A stretch of DNA of 54,474 nucleotides, the filler included, from Sphacelaria rigidula (taxonomy: Eukaryota), in NCBI GenBank assembly GCA_964200075.2. It is 4 parts of 4 records of this genome, joined end to end, with 100 filler letters (N's around TTAATTAATTAA, not from the genome) between each part and the next. Parts side by side here need not be neighbours in the genome. Positions count along the whole stretch, not along the records: positions 1 to 13,545 come from CAXNAA020002816.1; 3 more parts are not named here. The stretch is one strand, 5' to 3'. The notes under the pieces are model-generated. The model saw only the letters and a program-made list of their open reading frames with translations. It searched no databases and was not told the origin of the DNA. Each line of letters starts with the position of its first letter. Position 1 is the stretch's first letter. This document shows, in pieces, positions 1 through 11,700 of the stretch. The translations under genes were made by a program, and so were the position numbers.

Positions 1-82
1 ATGAGTTGCTTTATTATCTGGTATCGCCACTTCCCGAGACAAGCCATGGCTCATACACTGCCTTATGGGTGTTCACGGGGGG
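1..82 (-). mobile_element. SINE-like family A, 5' portion, cut by the window edge
   Basis: The reverse complement ACACCCATAAGGCAGTGTATGAGCCATGGC..GGAAGTGGCGATACCAGATAATAAAGCAACTCAT matches the copies at ~3590, ~4280 and ~45665. Confidence 0.7.
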
Positions 83-416
83 ATCACCGTTAAACCTTCA
101 CGTTGAAACCATCGCCTGGCTCTCCTCACACTTTACATGGTACATCGGTGGGCGTGAATCCTGCCAAGTTCGGCGCGGACCAAACAGAAAACCCATGAGG
201 TCGACCGAGAGCCTGTGGATGTCGTCCGAATTGAAAACATGTATTGCGCTCGCTCAAACGAAGTGAACGGAAAATACGCTGTACGGCTTGAAGGTTGAAC
301 TGTTGCAAATCAATAAAAAAATATGCTCGTCACTGGATGTAATCAAATCCCGATAATCCCCGTCCACTTACAGTGTGCAGTCACCAAATCCAAGAACCAT
401 CAGTTCCAAGTATCAC

Positions 417-3400
417 CTGTTCTTCGGCGTACCCCACCGTCTCCGAGGGAAAGTCGCATTCCGTGCCTGCAGGGGCGGGCTTGGGGAAGCTAGTCATTCC
501 GTTGAGACCGCACCAGTATTCCGTGGACTTAGCGAGATCGGACACTCGAATGCCTACGGAAACAAATCGCTCCGTCCTCCCCTCCGTGGGCGGCACCACC
601 TTATATTTGTAGCCGTCGGGGCCCGAGATTAGCACTCCGCCCCCACCGGATGGGGCAACGGAGTACCCTGTCCTCAAGTCATTAGAAATCAGGGGCGCCG
701 AACGCGTGCGTGTGATGTGATTAGACGTACAATTTGAACTTGTAGTCGAGGTTGAGAAAGGGGGGACACGAATGGTGCGTGTAATGGAGATATTTCTCTT
801 CAGAAGTACATGCGTGAGGTAAGGCAAACTGACCGACTCACGAACCAGAGACACAGCGACGGGCGTTGGCAACTGCCGAGAGAGATGCTGGTCGATACAC
901 GCAGACGTGGTACAGATTCGTGTGATAGAATACTGGGGAAAACGTTGGCCATAGATGAATTATCGTTACAGGTCATCAGTGAACATCTCATCTGATATAT
1001 TTATATGCATGAACGTCAAGAAATAAATGCGAGTCTTCGATATACTCTTGGCCATTATTTGCCCCCTCACAGAGGGCAGTATTCGCAAATACATATATAC
1101 GCCCTTTTTCCGTGACACCTCCAACTCCTCCGGGCGAATCCGTTTTGTACTTCTAGTCTCAAGGGATCAACCCATCTCTCCCCGGTACAAACCTTGCAAT
1201 TTGGTTGAGCGGATTGGGTCAGCACTACCGCACGCATCAACTCTCGTCGAGCAAACCCGGTCGACTACTTCTTTGTCTTCTCACGTAAACCCTCTTTCGA
1301 CGGTGGGAATCGAATACTCCACGAAACAACCCAACGCATCTAGCAGGAATGGGACCCACGTTCTCTCCACCCGAATGATGACAGCCGGACCACTACACCA
1401 TCGAGCACGGCAATATATATATATATGTACTCATGTCAATGTTGACGACAATCACTCGCCTTCGGCCTCAGCCTTGGCTTTGGTGTCCTGCACATCTCGT
1501 TGTAGGGAGATGTACTGCAAATCGTCGCCGTTCTTGTACGAGTCGATGCCGTAGTTGTACGTCAGTTCGAGCGCGAAGTTCTTTTCCTCCGGGCCGTAGC
1601 CGATCATCGTCTTCGACCACGCACCTACAGCAAGCCACACCACACGGTCAACAATTGGGAGTTATGGCCGTTTCACATAAATCAGTAAACGCTCGCTTTT
1701 GGGGAACATGTGATGTTTTCTTCATCCATCTCTGATTCTTCAAATCACCCGAGGATATATATATATATATACCTTGTTCACTTTAGTCCAGCAAAATTCT
1801 CGTGTTTTTCAACGATTAAAACGCAGGGGGATGACGATGATGTACGGTAGAGCACTTTATCGAGCGTTGCGTTAAAACGGTGCACTTTTGTCAGTTACCA
1901 GTGGCGTGGATCAGTACTTTCTCTGAATTTCTGGGCGCGTCAAAGGACTGTATCATTTCAACCAGTATAAATGTACATACACAACATGTGCACCGCATAT
2001 GTTTTCACCAAAACAAACACATTTCGAACCTCACCGCCGTAGGGGCCGTTACAAGTGGCCTCGCAGCCGGAATCAAACTCCTCGTGCCTCAAGACCTTCA
2101 ATCCAAGCACGTTCTCGAAGAAAGTCATTGATTTCTTCAGGCTGCCGATCTTCAGCACCTATTGTTCACAGCGCAGTAGAGTCCAAGTGCACACGGACTC
2201 GTCGATCAGAGGCGTTGCGGGGCGTGTGGTTCCAGCTTTCTCATCAGATCTTCTGGTACATGAGGGGGGAAATTGGGGGATTTCGGGCTGTACGCTGCAC
2301 ATTGAGGTTACTTCTCATCAAAAACTGAAAGATGTTGAAAAGCGCATTTTTGGCCTTTCTCCATCGTTTTTCCCAAGAAAAGAGTGCTGAAGGCCCGTCT
2401 TCGCACTTTTCTTTGCGATCGAAAAAATGGGGCGGTGGAATCGCTCTGAGCGAAATTTTCGTGTTTTGATGCAGTTGGGTGCAGATGGATTTCCAAGCTT
2501 TCGATCCAAAAAATACAGTGAAGACGTCAAACGGCACATGGTCACTCGTGTACAGTACAGACAGGCTGTACTGCCTGCAGTGCTTCGAAGCAGGGTGTGT
2601 TGAGTGCGTGTGTGTGTTTCGTGCAGGAAGATAAAAAGGAGAAGCAGGCAACGTGCAGTGCAGACAGCCTAGGACTATCATTTCTCTGCGTACAATGCGA
2701 TGTGAAAAGGACTTCCGCAACGTGCAGCTTTGTACTGCCTGCATTATTGACTATGAGAGTGCACGCAACTCGGTTGCCCACCGTACCACGCAGTTCCGTC
2801 CCTGATGCCCACCATCAGAGATGTGCAAGTTTTCACCGACAAGAAATAAACAAAGCACACCCGACTACTGCCGCATATTTATCCCTGTGCTCAACTCGTG
2901 CTCTATGCTGAACGGTTGCAGTGGTAGCTGAGAATGAGTTGGATGGAGTTTGCATCGTCTTGAACAGGTGGTTATTTGGCGTGGTTTGTAAGATAGGAGT
3001 CAAGCGCCGCTTCGTGCCTTTCCAACGCATGTTTTCGATCGAAACTGATTGTTCTTCACCTAGTTGCATTTTTCTCCCCGCGCCGCTTACTACAACTTTG
3101 ACTTGAAGCCTTCAAGGAACACAAATTCTCAGCAAGATGTTAATAGCCGCCTAGCGCTTTTTTCGGGGGGAAACGACGGAGAAGGGTCAAAAATGCACTT
3201 TCCAACAACTTTCAGTTTTTGATACATGACAAGTAGCCTTAGCCCATTTTTAGGGGCAAATTACAGCGCAAAACGAGTAGGAACGTTGGTAAGAATTATC
3301 GTAGTACATTACATATCTGAAGAGGAACGTGTCACACCCTGAATAATAGTTTTTTCTTTGTAAAAAAATGCATTGCTTACAGTACGGAATCTGTTGCCTG

Positions 3401-6400
3401 TTGCAATATTGTAGGCGCGTTAGTCGATACTGTACGCAGAACACTTTCTTGTCTGTGTGTTGCGTTGTCCAGGGTGTGAAAAGTATACGCGACGCTTCGG
3501 CACGGCCATGAGGTGGCGTGGGACGAAGTGAGAGGGACTTTATCGTTCATTTCGTTCTTCAACCCCCCCCTCTTCACCCCATGATGAGACACACATGAGG
3601 CAGTGCATGAACCGTGGCTACCTCTTGAAGTGGCGATACCAGAAGATAAAGCGACGTTTTTTAGGCCGTCATCCAAATGCAAGATCATCAGTGGACTCCG
3701 GACCGAACAATCTTAGCAGGATGCAGCTTATTATTCATGCGACTCGCTGGACACACCACGACGCTTCGCACTTGGTGATTGAGTGCAAGCTTGGTCCGGC
3801 GAAAACCCGGTGTGCTTCGTCCCGGCTTCGTAGGGATGCTAGGTCAATGATCAAGATAATCAGTACGCTTCGGGCGGAAAATAATCTCAGGAGGATGCAG
3901 CCCACCCTTCCTGTGATTCGCAGAACACATCACGGGTGCTTCGCGCTTGGTGATTGACTGAGGGGCTGGTCCGGCGAAAACCCGGCGTACTGTCTCGGCT
4001 GTGTAGGAATGCGAGGTCAACGCAACGGTCCCACGACTACGGCATGCAAGGTCATGAGTGTTCCCCCCTACACACACCTCGGGCCCAAGATGGGGTTAGC
4101 GTCGGTTGGCGATGACGCTACAAAACGCGTCACTCACCGCGTAAGATAGGCAACCAGGTTGGCGTTTTTTTGGGCGCTTGCATTTCCTTGAATTGCGGTA
4201 ACCATGATCGTTGTGGGGCGTGGGAGAGCCTCAACTCCGCACAATGGGGATGATCGTACTACGTGGTGTTCAAGTCGTGATACACCCAAAAGGCAGTGTG
4301 GAAGTCGTGGCTGCCTCTGTAAGTGGCGATACCAGAAAATAAAGCAACGCGTTGTAGGCAACTTATGTCGTGGGTACAAAAAAATCTACTAAACGGTCGA
4401 CGAGGGAAAGGGACTGCTGAACCCGTTTCGCAATTAAAAATAAAGGCAAGCACAGCAGAAGGAAGCTGGGGTACTAGATAAGAAAAAAGCCTCAATGTTG
4501 ACCTTCTTCCTGTGACCCCAATATACCGAACGGTGTAGACCGGCGCCCAGAATAGATATATCAGTACGCTTTGGGCCGAACATTCTTCGCAGGATGCAGC
4601 TCACCCTTGATGCGACTCGCCGAAGCCACCACGGCGCTTCACGCTTGGTGATCGAGTGCAGGGCTGGATCGGCGAAAACCCGCGTGCTCCGTCCGGGCTT
4701 TGTAGGGATGCGAGGTCAATGGTCTCATGACTATAGCACGCATGATCAGGAGTGTACCCCCCCCCCTCCCGATGTGGTTACGAGAGACTGCTTTTCTCGT
4801 AATACGTTGCTGCCTACATCCCGGAGGCGACGCGTATTACCTCCTCATCATCAGTGTTCAAGTGCACATGGCTTCGCAGATTCATCAATAGCTCCTACGC
4901 TTTTCACCTCAGTTGAAGTCTGATGGTGAGTCGAAAACAATGGCTCAAAATCCCGCAAGACTTGATTTCACTACTGATTATGCCCAGGCAACCACGTGTG
5001 GATATTTTCGTGAGAATAAATCTCCTGCTCCTCTCATGTGCAAAGGAGTTGCGCTGGGTTTGGTACGCGTGAGATATCCGAGATCGTATTAGAGAAAGAC
5101 GGGCAAATGACATGCGGACTTGTGCGAAGTGCGATACCTGGTGTTGGCATTTCGAAGTGACATCCCATCGCCTATTTGTGCAATGTAAAGCAGTCATTGG
5201 AATCGAGGAGTTCGTTGTGGGTGTACCTTCAGGAATTAGTTGAGTACACATTTCTGTACATCGGTGGTCACAAGCTTGATCACGTCCGTTGACCCCGATT
5301 TGCCTTATTTTTCAGGGGATAGTAACTCAAGTGACCTTATCGACAGCGAAGCACTCTGCATGGCGCGCCGGGCGGTCACGACGGAAAAGCACTTTCGGTT
5401 TCGTCAGATCCACGTCGGGGTGGCGGCTGCGTCGGCGACAAATTTATCATCCGTTTGCACGCTGTGTTGGGTAAACATCAGAAACTATTTCCAACTACTG
5501 CAGCGGCGGTGTTTTTTTTTACACGAATATGAGCAGCTACAGTGTGGTCGCGAGCTTCATCCTGCAGCTTCACACCCGACCGTACTTTTGATATGGAGGG
5601 TGGTGGTAAAGACGTGGCCCGAACCACGCGAACACGTTTTCGGGTATAAGAGTTTTCAAAAGTTAAAAAACTTACACTTCGGAAAGAGGCAAACTTCTGT
5701 TTCTCCGTAAGTTATGTTCCAACATGTACATGTATCGGTATGCAAGCCGGAGACGAGCACTGTGAACCAAATGGTTTTCTGAGTTCCGGATGTGTCCAAC
5801 AGCTGCCACGAGATTTGGTCATAGGTTCATATTTGTCTTGGTGCAGTCTCACGAATGCCGGAGGCCAGAAAAGCGTGAAATGAGCCCAGTGATGGCCGAG
5901 CACTGACTAGCGTAGTGTTGACTTTGCTGTTTCATGCTACACACCCACCCACCCACCCTCCGATTGCATAGCTGTAGGTTCAAGTGAGTTCAGTACCAAA
6001 GTCAGCATCGCCTTGCTTTTCGTTCTCCTACTGCCCATTTCTCCACGTGGATCCCTAGGCATGATGCTGCTTGGAGTGCTGTGCACCCGAGCACGCTAAT
6101 GCTCATCACCATATTTTCTCTGCAACTCATGCAAGTAGGTATGCATGGATGTTCGACAGCAACGTAGCCGCAAGGTCCGTGAGCACAAATGAAGGGATGG
6201 CCACGAACGCAAGGGCCAAAAAGGAGTGTGCGTATCTGCTTGGACTGGGCATCCATCACAAATTGAGTCACAGAGAAGGAGGCAAGTGGTCACGAGAAAC
6301 GGCACAGACAGCCCCCCAGCTGCCGGAAAGGCAGGGACCGTGACAGTGTCACTTACAAAAGGGCGGCAGGGGCAGTTGGACTACACACCAAAAGACATGC

Positions 6401-6693
6401 GGCGAGCGGAGGATACTGCACACCGTGGAAACTGAAACAGCAAAGGAGGCCAGGCGGATGTAGGGTTGGATATATACATTTTGCCGTTACACAATTGTGC
6501 ATCGTACGGCCTTGTGATGGTCGAGGCATACCCACATACCCATCGAAAAATGGTCTCAGCAAGCGAGCACACGACGGAGACGATTTGTTCTTGCGGACAG
6601 TTACGCAGCACCCACACAATTTTCACACGTGAAACGTCGCTTTTTGGTGCTTACCCAGTGCAGCGCACGTGATCCTGCAGCAGGAGAAGCCAT
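417..6693 (-). CDS. GLOD4: Glyoxalase domain-containing protein 4-like (VOC superfamily), spliced, 3'-partial. Exons 6693-6655, 2158-2035, 1624-1460, 667-417
   Basis: The exons join in phase to give [89 protein letters not shown]...G-YSVAP...[10 protein letters not shown]...[18 protein letters not shown]...VGYAEEQ. The motifs RALHW, LRHEEFxxGCxAx[16 protein letters not shown] and ELTYNYG are characteristic of GLOD4. Introns 1-2 are GT-AG and intron 3 is GC-AG. The C-terminal exons were not found before the window start. Confidence 0.9.
2306..3238. mobile_element. Non-autonomous DNA transposon with long imperfect TIRs (PIF/Harbinger, Tourist-like) in GLOD4 intron 1
   Basis: The left end GGTTACTTCTCATCAAAAACTGAAAGATGTTGAAAAGCGCATTTTTGGCCTTTCTCC matches the reverse complement of the right end (GGCTACTTGTCA..TCAAAAACTGAAAGTTGTTGGAAAGTGCATTTTTGACCCTTCTCC). 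Weaker inverted similarity extends ~200 bp. Flanks TGA / TTA resemble a 3-bp TWA target duplication. Confidence 0.7.
3585..4070 (+). mobile_element. SINE-like family A copy with duplicated 3' half, ending ATGAGTGTTCCCCCC
   Basis: Aligns by eye with 45641-45980 and 4255-4770. The segment AGGATGCAGC...GGTCCGGCGAAAACCCGG...GATGCGAGGTCAA occurs twice. Confidence 0.75.
4255..4770 (+). mobile_element. SINE-like family A copy, interrupted at ~4385-4560 by a family B repeat; ends GAGTGTACCCCCCCCCC
   Basis: The 5' part (4255-4350) and 3' part (4560-4770) match 45641-45980. Confidence 0.72.
4435..4558 (-). repeat. Dispersed repeat family B (probable retroelement fragment)
   Basis: The reverse complement matches 13383-13530 (CTATTCTGGGCGCC..GGGGTCACAGGAAGAAGGTCAACA..TAGTACCCCA.CTTCCTTCTGC.GTGCTTGCCTT). 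Confidence 0.7.
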
Positions 6694-6989
6694 TCTTAGA
6701 ATCTAGCTCAGCGGAGCCTCACAGCTCGAATGATGGTGAACAGAAGTGAGGGCACGGTGTACTGACAGTGTTGGCTCGTGGTGTGTAATACTTTGCCGTG
6801 TGGCACTGCAACTGGCGCGGGTAAAACCGTAGTTGCTACGCAAACATTTACCATGATCCATGAGCTTTGCTACGCATACAACACTGCTGCAGCTCGAAGC
6901 CACCTAACTCCGTCCTGGGTGCGCATGCTTGCAGACTCCCCGCCACAGCGTAGAGATACAGAAGCAATCAGAAAGCATAGAAAGCCATA
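6694..6989. promoter_or_regulatory. Short (296 bp) divergent intergenic region; probable bidirectional promoter plus two 5'UTRs
   Basis: The ATG of the GLOD4-like gene (6693, minus) and the ATG of the plus-strand gene (6990) face away from each other. Confidence 0.55.
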
Positions 6990-8741
6990 ATGCCGGCACC
7001 AGAAAAAGCATCTCGTCCGCTAGATGGCCTGGTCTGGCCGCTTGTGCCCAACTCCAAAAACGAAGGGGACAGGTCCACCACGTGGGCTAACAAGGAGGCA
7101 TTGAGCGCGGCGGTAGGGGCGGTCGACCCCGCTTTGGCACAGCAAATCCTAGCTGAGAAGAAGTGGCGCCAGAACTACACTCGCTACGTCTACAAGCACG
7201 TCGTCGCTTGCCTGCAAAGCAGAGATGCTGCGGTTGCAAGCGCGCAGGCCGGCCTGGATTGGGTGCACAACCACTTCGAGTTTGTGAGGAATGGCACGAG
7301 TATGCCCCTGGCGGAGGCCATGTCGAGCATTTCTGGATCATTCGAGACAGGGGTGGTGACCGGGAGCAAACCTAAACCTGCGTCCACTGTGCTTGAGGTA
7401 CGTGTTTGCACCATTCCGTGTGTCCTCCGATGCTGTGTTGCATTGTGTACGTTTGTAGTGGGCGCTCCAAACTGCACGTGGGCAAAACGCGAGAAACCCC
7501 GAAATCCGCACGAAGAACTTCGACGGAAGATTGAACATTGAACATATGCCGTCTCAAGCGAGCCATGATGGGCAGCGACCAGGGACCGCTATACCTTTTT
7601 TTCGGGAACATCATTGAGCGGGGTACAGAAGCCCGCGAGGTCATCGCAGTGCAAGGAGACGTGAACTTCACCTGGTTCCCGTTGTTTTTTGCCGAAAACA
7701 GGTAGTGGTACTCCCTTTGTACGCATGTACTAAATAAAGCACAAGAGAGGCGGGATTGTGCCCATGCTTGAACGTTGTGGGGCAATTCTCCATAGCTGCC
7801 CTGTACCCTTAACCCCCAGACTGCGAACTCCGTCAGTTGGACTCAGAGGGAGTACGCCACATTTTGGATGTTCAGAACAGCTCCTTCCTCACTACACAAA
7901 ACGCCTCTCTCATGAACATGTGAGTATTGGGCATCTACGTAGAAATAGACAAAAGTCGGGGAGAACCGCTGGCAGGTTTTAACCCTGCAGTCAAGTACGT
8001 GCAAAATATGGTGGTCGCACACTCGTGAGAGGTATCTCAAACTCGGCTCTCGGTACCCTGGTTTGTTTTGTACCAATTTTTCGAGTGAAATTGATGCCGA
8101 TCCATCCGATGATGAGACCCTTTGACCGCCAGGTCAGGTCCTCGTATGAATCACGATCACTTTCGCTTGAAAAAATAGTACACGACTCAGAGGCAGCGAA
8201 TAAACCAGGATACCGGCAGCCGGGTTCGAGATACCTCTAGATATGTTGTACGTCTTCGCTGGATACAACTGCAAGGACCAGAGGGCGTGTCATCGCTCTC
8301 CACTGAACAGACAATTGTACGCTGCTGATGTCTCCTCTGTGTTCCACAAAAATACTACAGCAGTGTGAAGCTTTGCTGGCAACACAAGAGGAGTTAGGCA
8401 GGCCGCGTAGATATTAACTCTTTTGGGACCGGGCCCCTACTAAAACAGGGCTGACCCTGTGTTGATGAAATAGTTATAAGTCTTCGAGCGACCTGCCCAA
8501 TCACGGCGAGGCGAAAGTTATCGACCAGACCCGAACGACCAGCGCGTGGATTGTTGTCAAGTGGATACCACTGCAAAGATCGCGTGGGGGCCCTATCCCT
8601 GGCCCAGATGAGCCTCTCCAGTTTCCAAGTGCAGGGTGGTCGCGGCTTGGTTTTATGGTATTACTTACTCTGTGACCACGGGTTCGAGAGATGGAGCTAA
8701 TGTGACGGATATAATAATAATAATAATAATAATACTACTTC

Positions 8742-8773
<32 letters not shown>

Positions 8774-11700
8774 TTGCACTCAGTATACCGTTCCCGAGTT
8801 TTTCCGGAGTGTTTTTTGGGTCCCAATTCTACACTAAAACGCAGTAAATTACACTAACACAGGGTAGACCGGAAGAAACCGGGAAGGAGTGTACATGCCA
8901 CCATGTGGTCATATTCACGAGGCACAAAATCCAGGTGGGCTGTTGAAGGACAAAATGAGCTACCGTCATGAATTCTGAATTCTGCGTTTCCCTCTGCGGA
9001 TGACTTGCAGTGTGCAGTCCACGTGTATGTTGTGGACGGGGATGGCAAAGCTGGATATAGGCAGCTGATCTCCGTAGCTGAGAATTGCTCAGAACGTGCA
9101 AGGGAGTATGCGGCAGCTGCTGCTTCAGTTTGAGAGGCGTAGTAGACTGTACCGTACTATGCTGTTGTATGCACGCGCGGCGCAACGCTAATACCGTTGG
9201 AAGAGAATTTGCGGCATGCAACAAGTTGGGAAATAGTGGCCCACCCCGACCACAAAAGACTGTGTGGCAAGGTGATGAGGACAAAAGTATCATCCAAAGC
9301 CACAGTGGCGGGCGGCCCGCCGGTCGCCGCATCCTGTTGGAGGCTCTCTACCACGACCCATACTGCTTGCTGAATCAGATTTACACCACCTAATGCGCAC
9401 CCTACACCTGGAAATAGATTGGAACTTTCGGTCTTCAGGACCCTGCGGTTACATACGCAGATTTTCAGCAACACGCCACTGTTTCGTGCAGACGCCAGAC
9501 ACGTCATTCCTGACCAGCCTCATTCGTCGTTCTGGAGGCCCGATTCCAAAAGGGTTAATAGACCACAAGCAGGGTAAAAAGCACGATGTTTGTGTCATCT
9601 ATGGTTGAATGGTCATGAAAATGGAGAACACGGCTAGACTGCGAGGTAGTCATTTTGTAGTCCATCTGGGAAGTGTCAAACTGACCATTCTGACCGATGA
9701 GCCCTTCTTATCGAAGGGGATTTTCCCCTTTTTCAGGCCGTGTCTTACATTTATTTTCGACTCGAAAAGATGCGGTCGAATCGAATTGGTCGCTACGAGG
9801 CCGTATCACATACGTCCACGGCATTTATGTGCTCAGATGACTTCAAGTCCATTTTATAATTAGTTGCGCGCGACGGACAGGGTCGAAAACAGATTATTTT
9901 TTTTTGGCTTTATCGGGCGAAACAAACAGCGGGATGAACGAAAAGGCACGTAATTCCCATGTTGCAGACAACCGTGCCAGATTCCACCCTTTCACAGAAC
10001 TATCCAAAACCCAAATGGTTCATTCGCAGCTACCTACTCAACCATGCAGCATACATCACGAATTGAGCACACGGTCACATACACTGTGCAGTGATGGGAA
10101 ACCTACACCACCGCCCTTTGGAAATTATGTGTTTCTTTTTTGTCGGCGGAAACTTAGGCATCTAATTTTGTGGCAGGTTCTATCGACGGAGTCGTGTGTA
10201 GGGGTAGGCGATCGAATTGCACCGCCTCTGTCAACCGGATATGTATGTTTCTCTTCGAGATGTCCAGAAATGCCCTCTTGGAAAGGGGGTTTTAAGGCGT
10301 TTCTTGCATTTTTTTGAATCCCCCTAAAAGCGGGGATTCCTGTGCTAATTTTGGGGGGTGGTATCGCAGCGACCAATCAGGTGTCGTTTTTCAGAAAAGG
10401 GCGAAAGTCCCCTTCGTCAACCCTTAGATTGCGATACGGGTAGCTCATCTGGATCATCTATAATTTTTCGAGTGAAATTGATGCCGATTCAGCAGGTGAC
10501 CTACGATTACTCTCGCGTGAACAAAGGGTGAAGAAGGGCCCCGTGACAGCCCTCAAAAGCTCACTCTGTTCTTCTCGGGCCTTGCTCCTGGCTTACAATT
10601 TTCCGCGGGAAACTTCCAAATACAGGGTTGACTTGCTGAGCTTTTCGTCTATTCTGCGAATAGGCGCTCACTTCCATGTCAAAACCACCCCCCGCCCCCT
10701 GGAAACCCTCGGATGTCCCTGGACTGTCAGCCTGAGGGTTAACTGGCTTAAAACGGTAAATACTCAGGCCGCCAAGACCAAAAAAGGAGGAAGAATCGAA
10801 ACAAGCGTTCACAAGCTGCACGTTCATTGGTCGTCGGGTAGATCTGTAGTTGCGGCGACGGATGGACATGATCATGATGCTTTTGTACGCTTGTTTCTTT
10901 CTGCGCTTCTTTTTTTGTCTCGACGAGAGATAAGAGACGGCCTTACGTTTGTGTTTGTTCTTATCTTGACCATCACCTTCGATTGACCACAAGTCACCGA
11001 TTTTGGCCAATTTTTGTATCCATCTGTGCCCCCTGGTGCGCTTCGTGGGCAAGTTATATACCTCAAGATAAATTTGTCTTTGTTTTGGTGTTTGTTTCTC
11101 AGTTACTCCTTTTATTTTTTCTGTTTGATTCTTTTTCTTGTGCAAAGGTTTTCGTTTAGTCCATCTCGGGTACCTCTATCGTCATGTCTGTATTCAGACG
11201 GGGCTGGCCTTCGTAGTGGCTGCCGAACGGATGTAGTGATGAAACCGTGAAATCAACTCTTTGATCACGGGAACGTCGACCAAGATGGCAGGGTGTCACT
11301 GCGTGTGCCGCGCCGACGCTGATGTACCACGTCTCTGTTCTTCTCCCTTGCGCAAACTACATTTTTTTTGTCAGGTACCGTACAAGGGCGACATCCTGAC
11401 TGGACAAAAGCTGCTGGACCAGGTTGACAAGTGGGTCTCCTACGGCACGATCGAACCCAGCGCGGGGGAAGCGATCAAGGACGCGTCGATGAACGCAGGC
11501 TGGCGCGACCTCAGTGACAAGTACTTCGTGCTCCTTGGCGCCGGGTCCGCGATGGGGCCTCTAAAGCTCCTACTAGACCTGGGCGCCAACATCGTCGCCA
11601 TCGACTTGGACCGTCCGGGGATCTGGCAGAGGCTGCTCACCCTGGCCGAGAACTCTTGCGGGACTATGATCTTCCCGCTCAAGGAAGGCCACCCGCAGAG

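Larger units (their letters stand above)
7813..10738. mobile_element. Possible piggyBac-like non-autonomous element with nested insertions (intron 1 of the plus-strand gene)
   Basis: TTAA|CCCCCAGACTG ... CAGCCTGAGGG|TTAA: short imperfect TIRs flanked by TTAA. No transposase was recognised. Confidence 0.35.

Noticed and set aside
126..308. Candidate next GLOD4 exon
   Set aside because: The translation lacks the expected GLOD4 C-terminal motifs (e.g. GRIAF).
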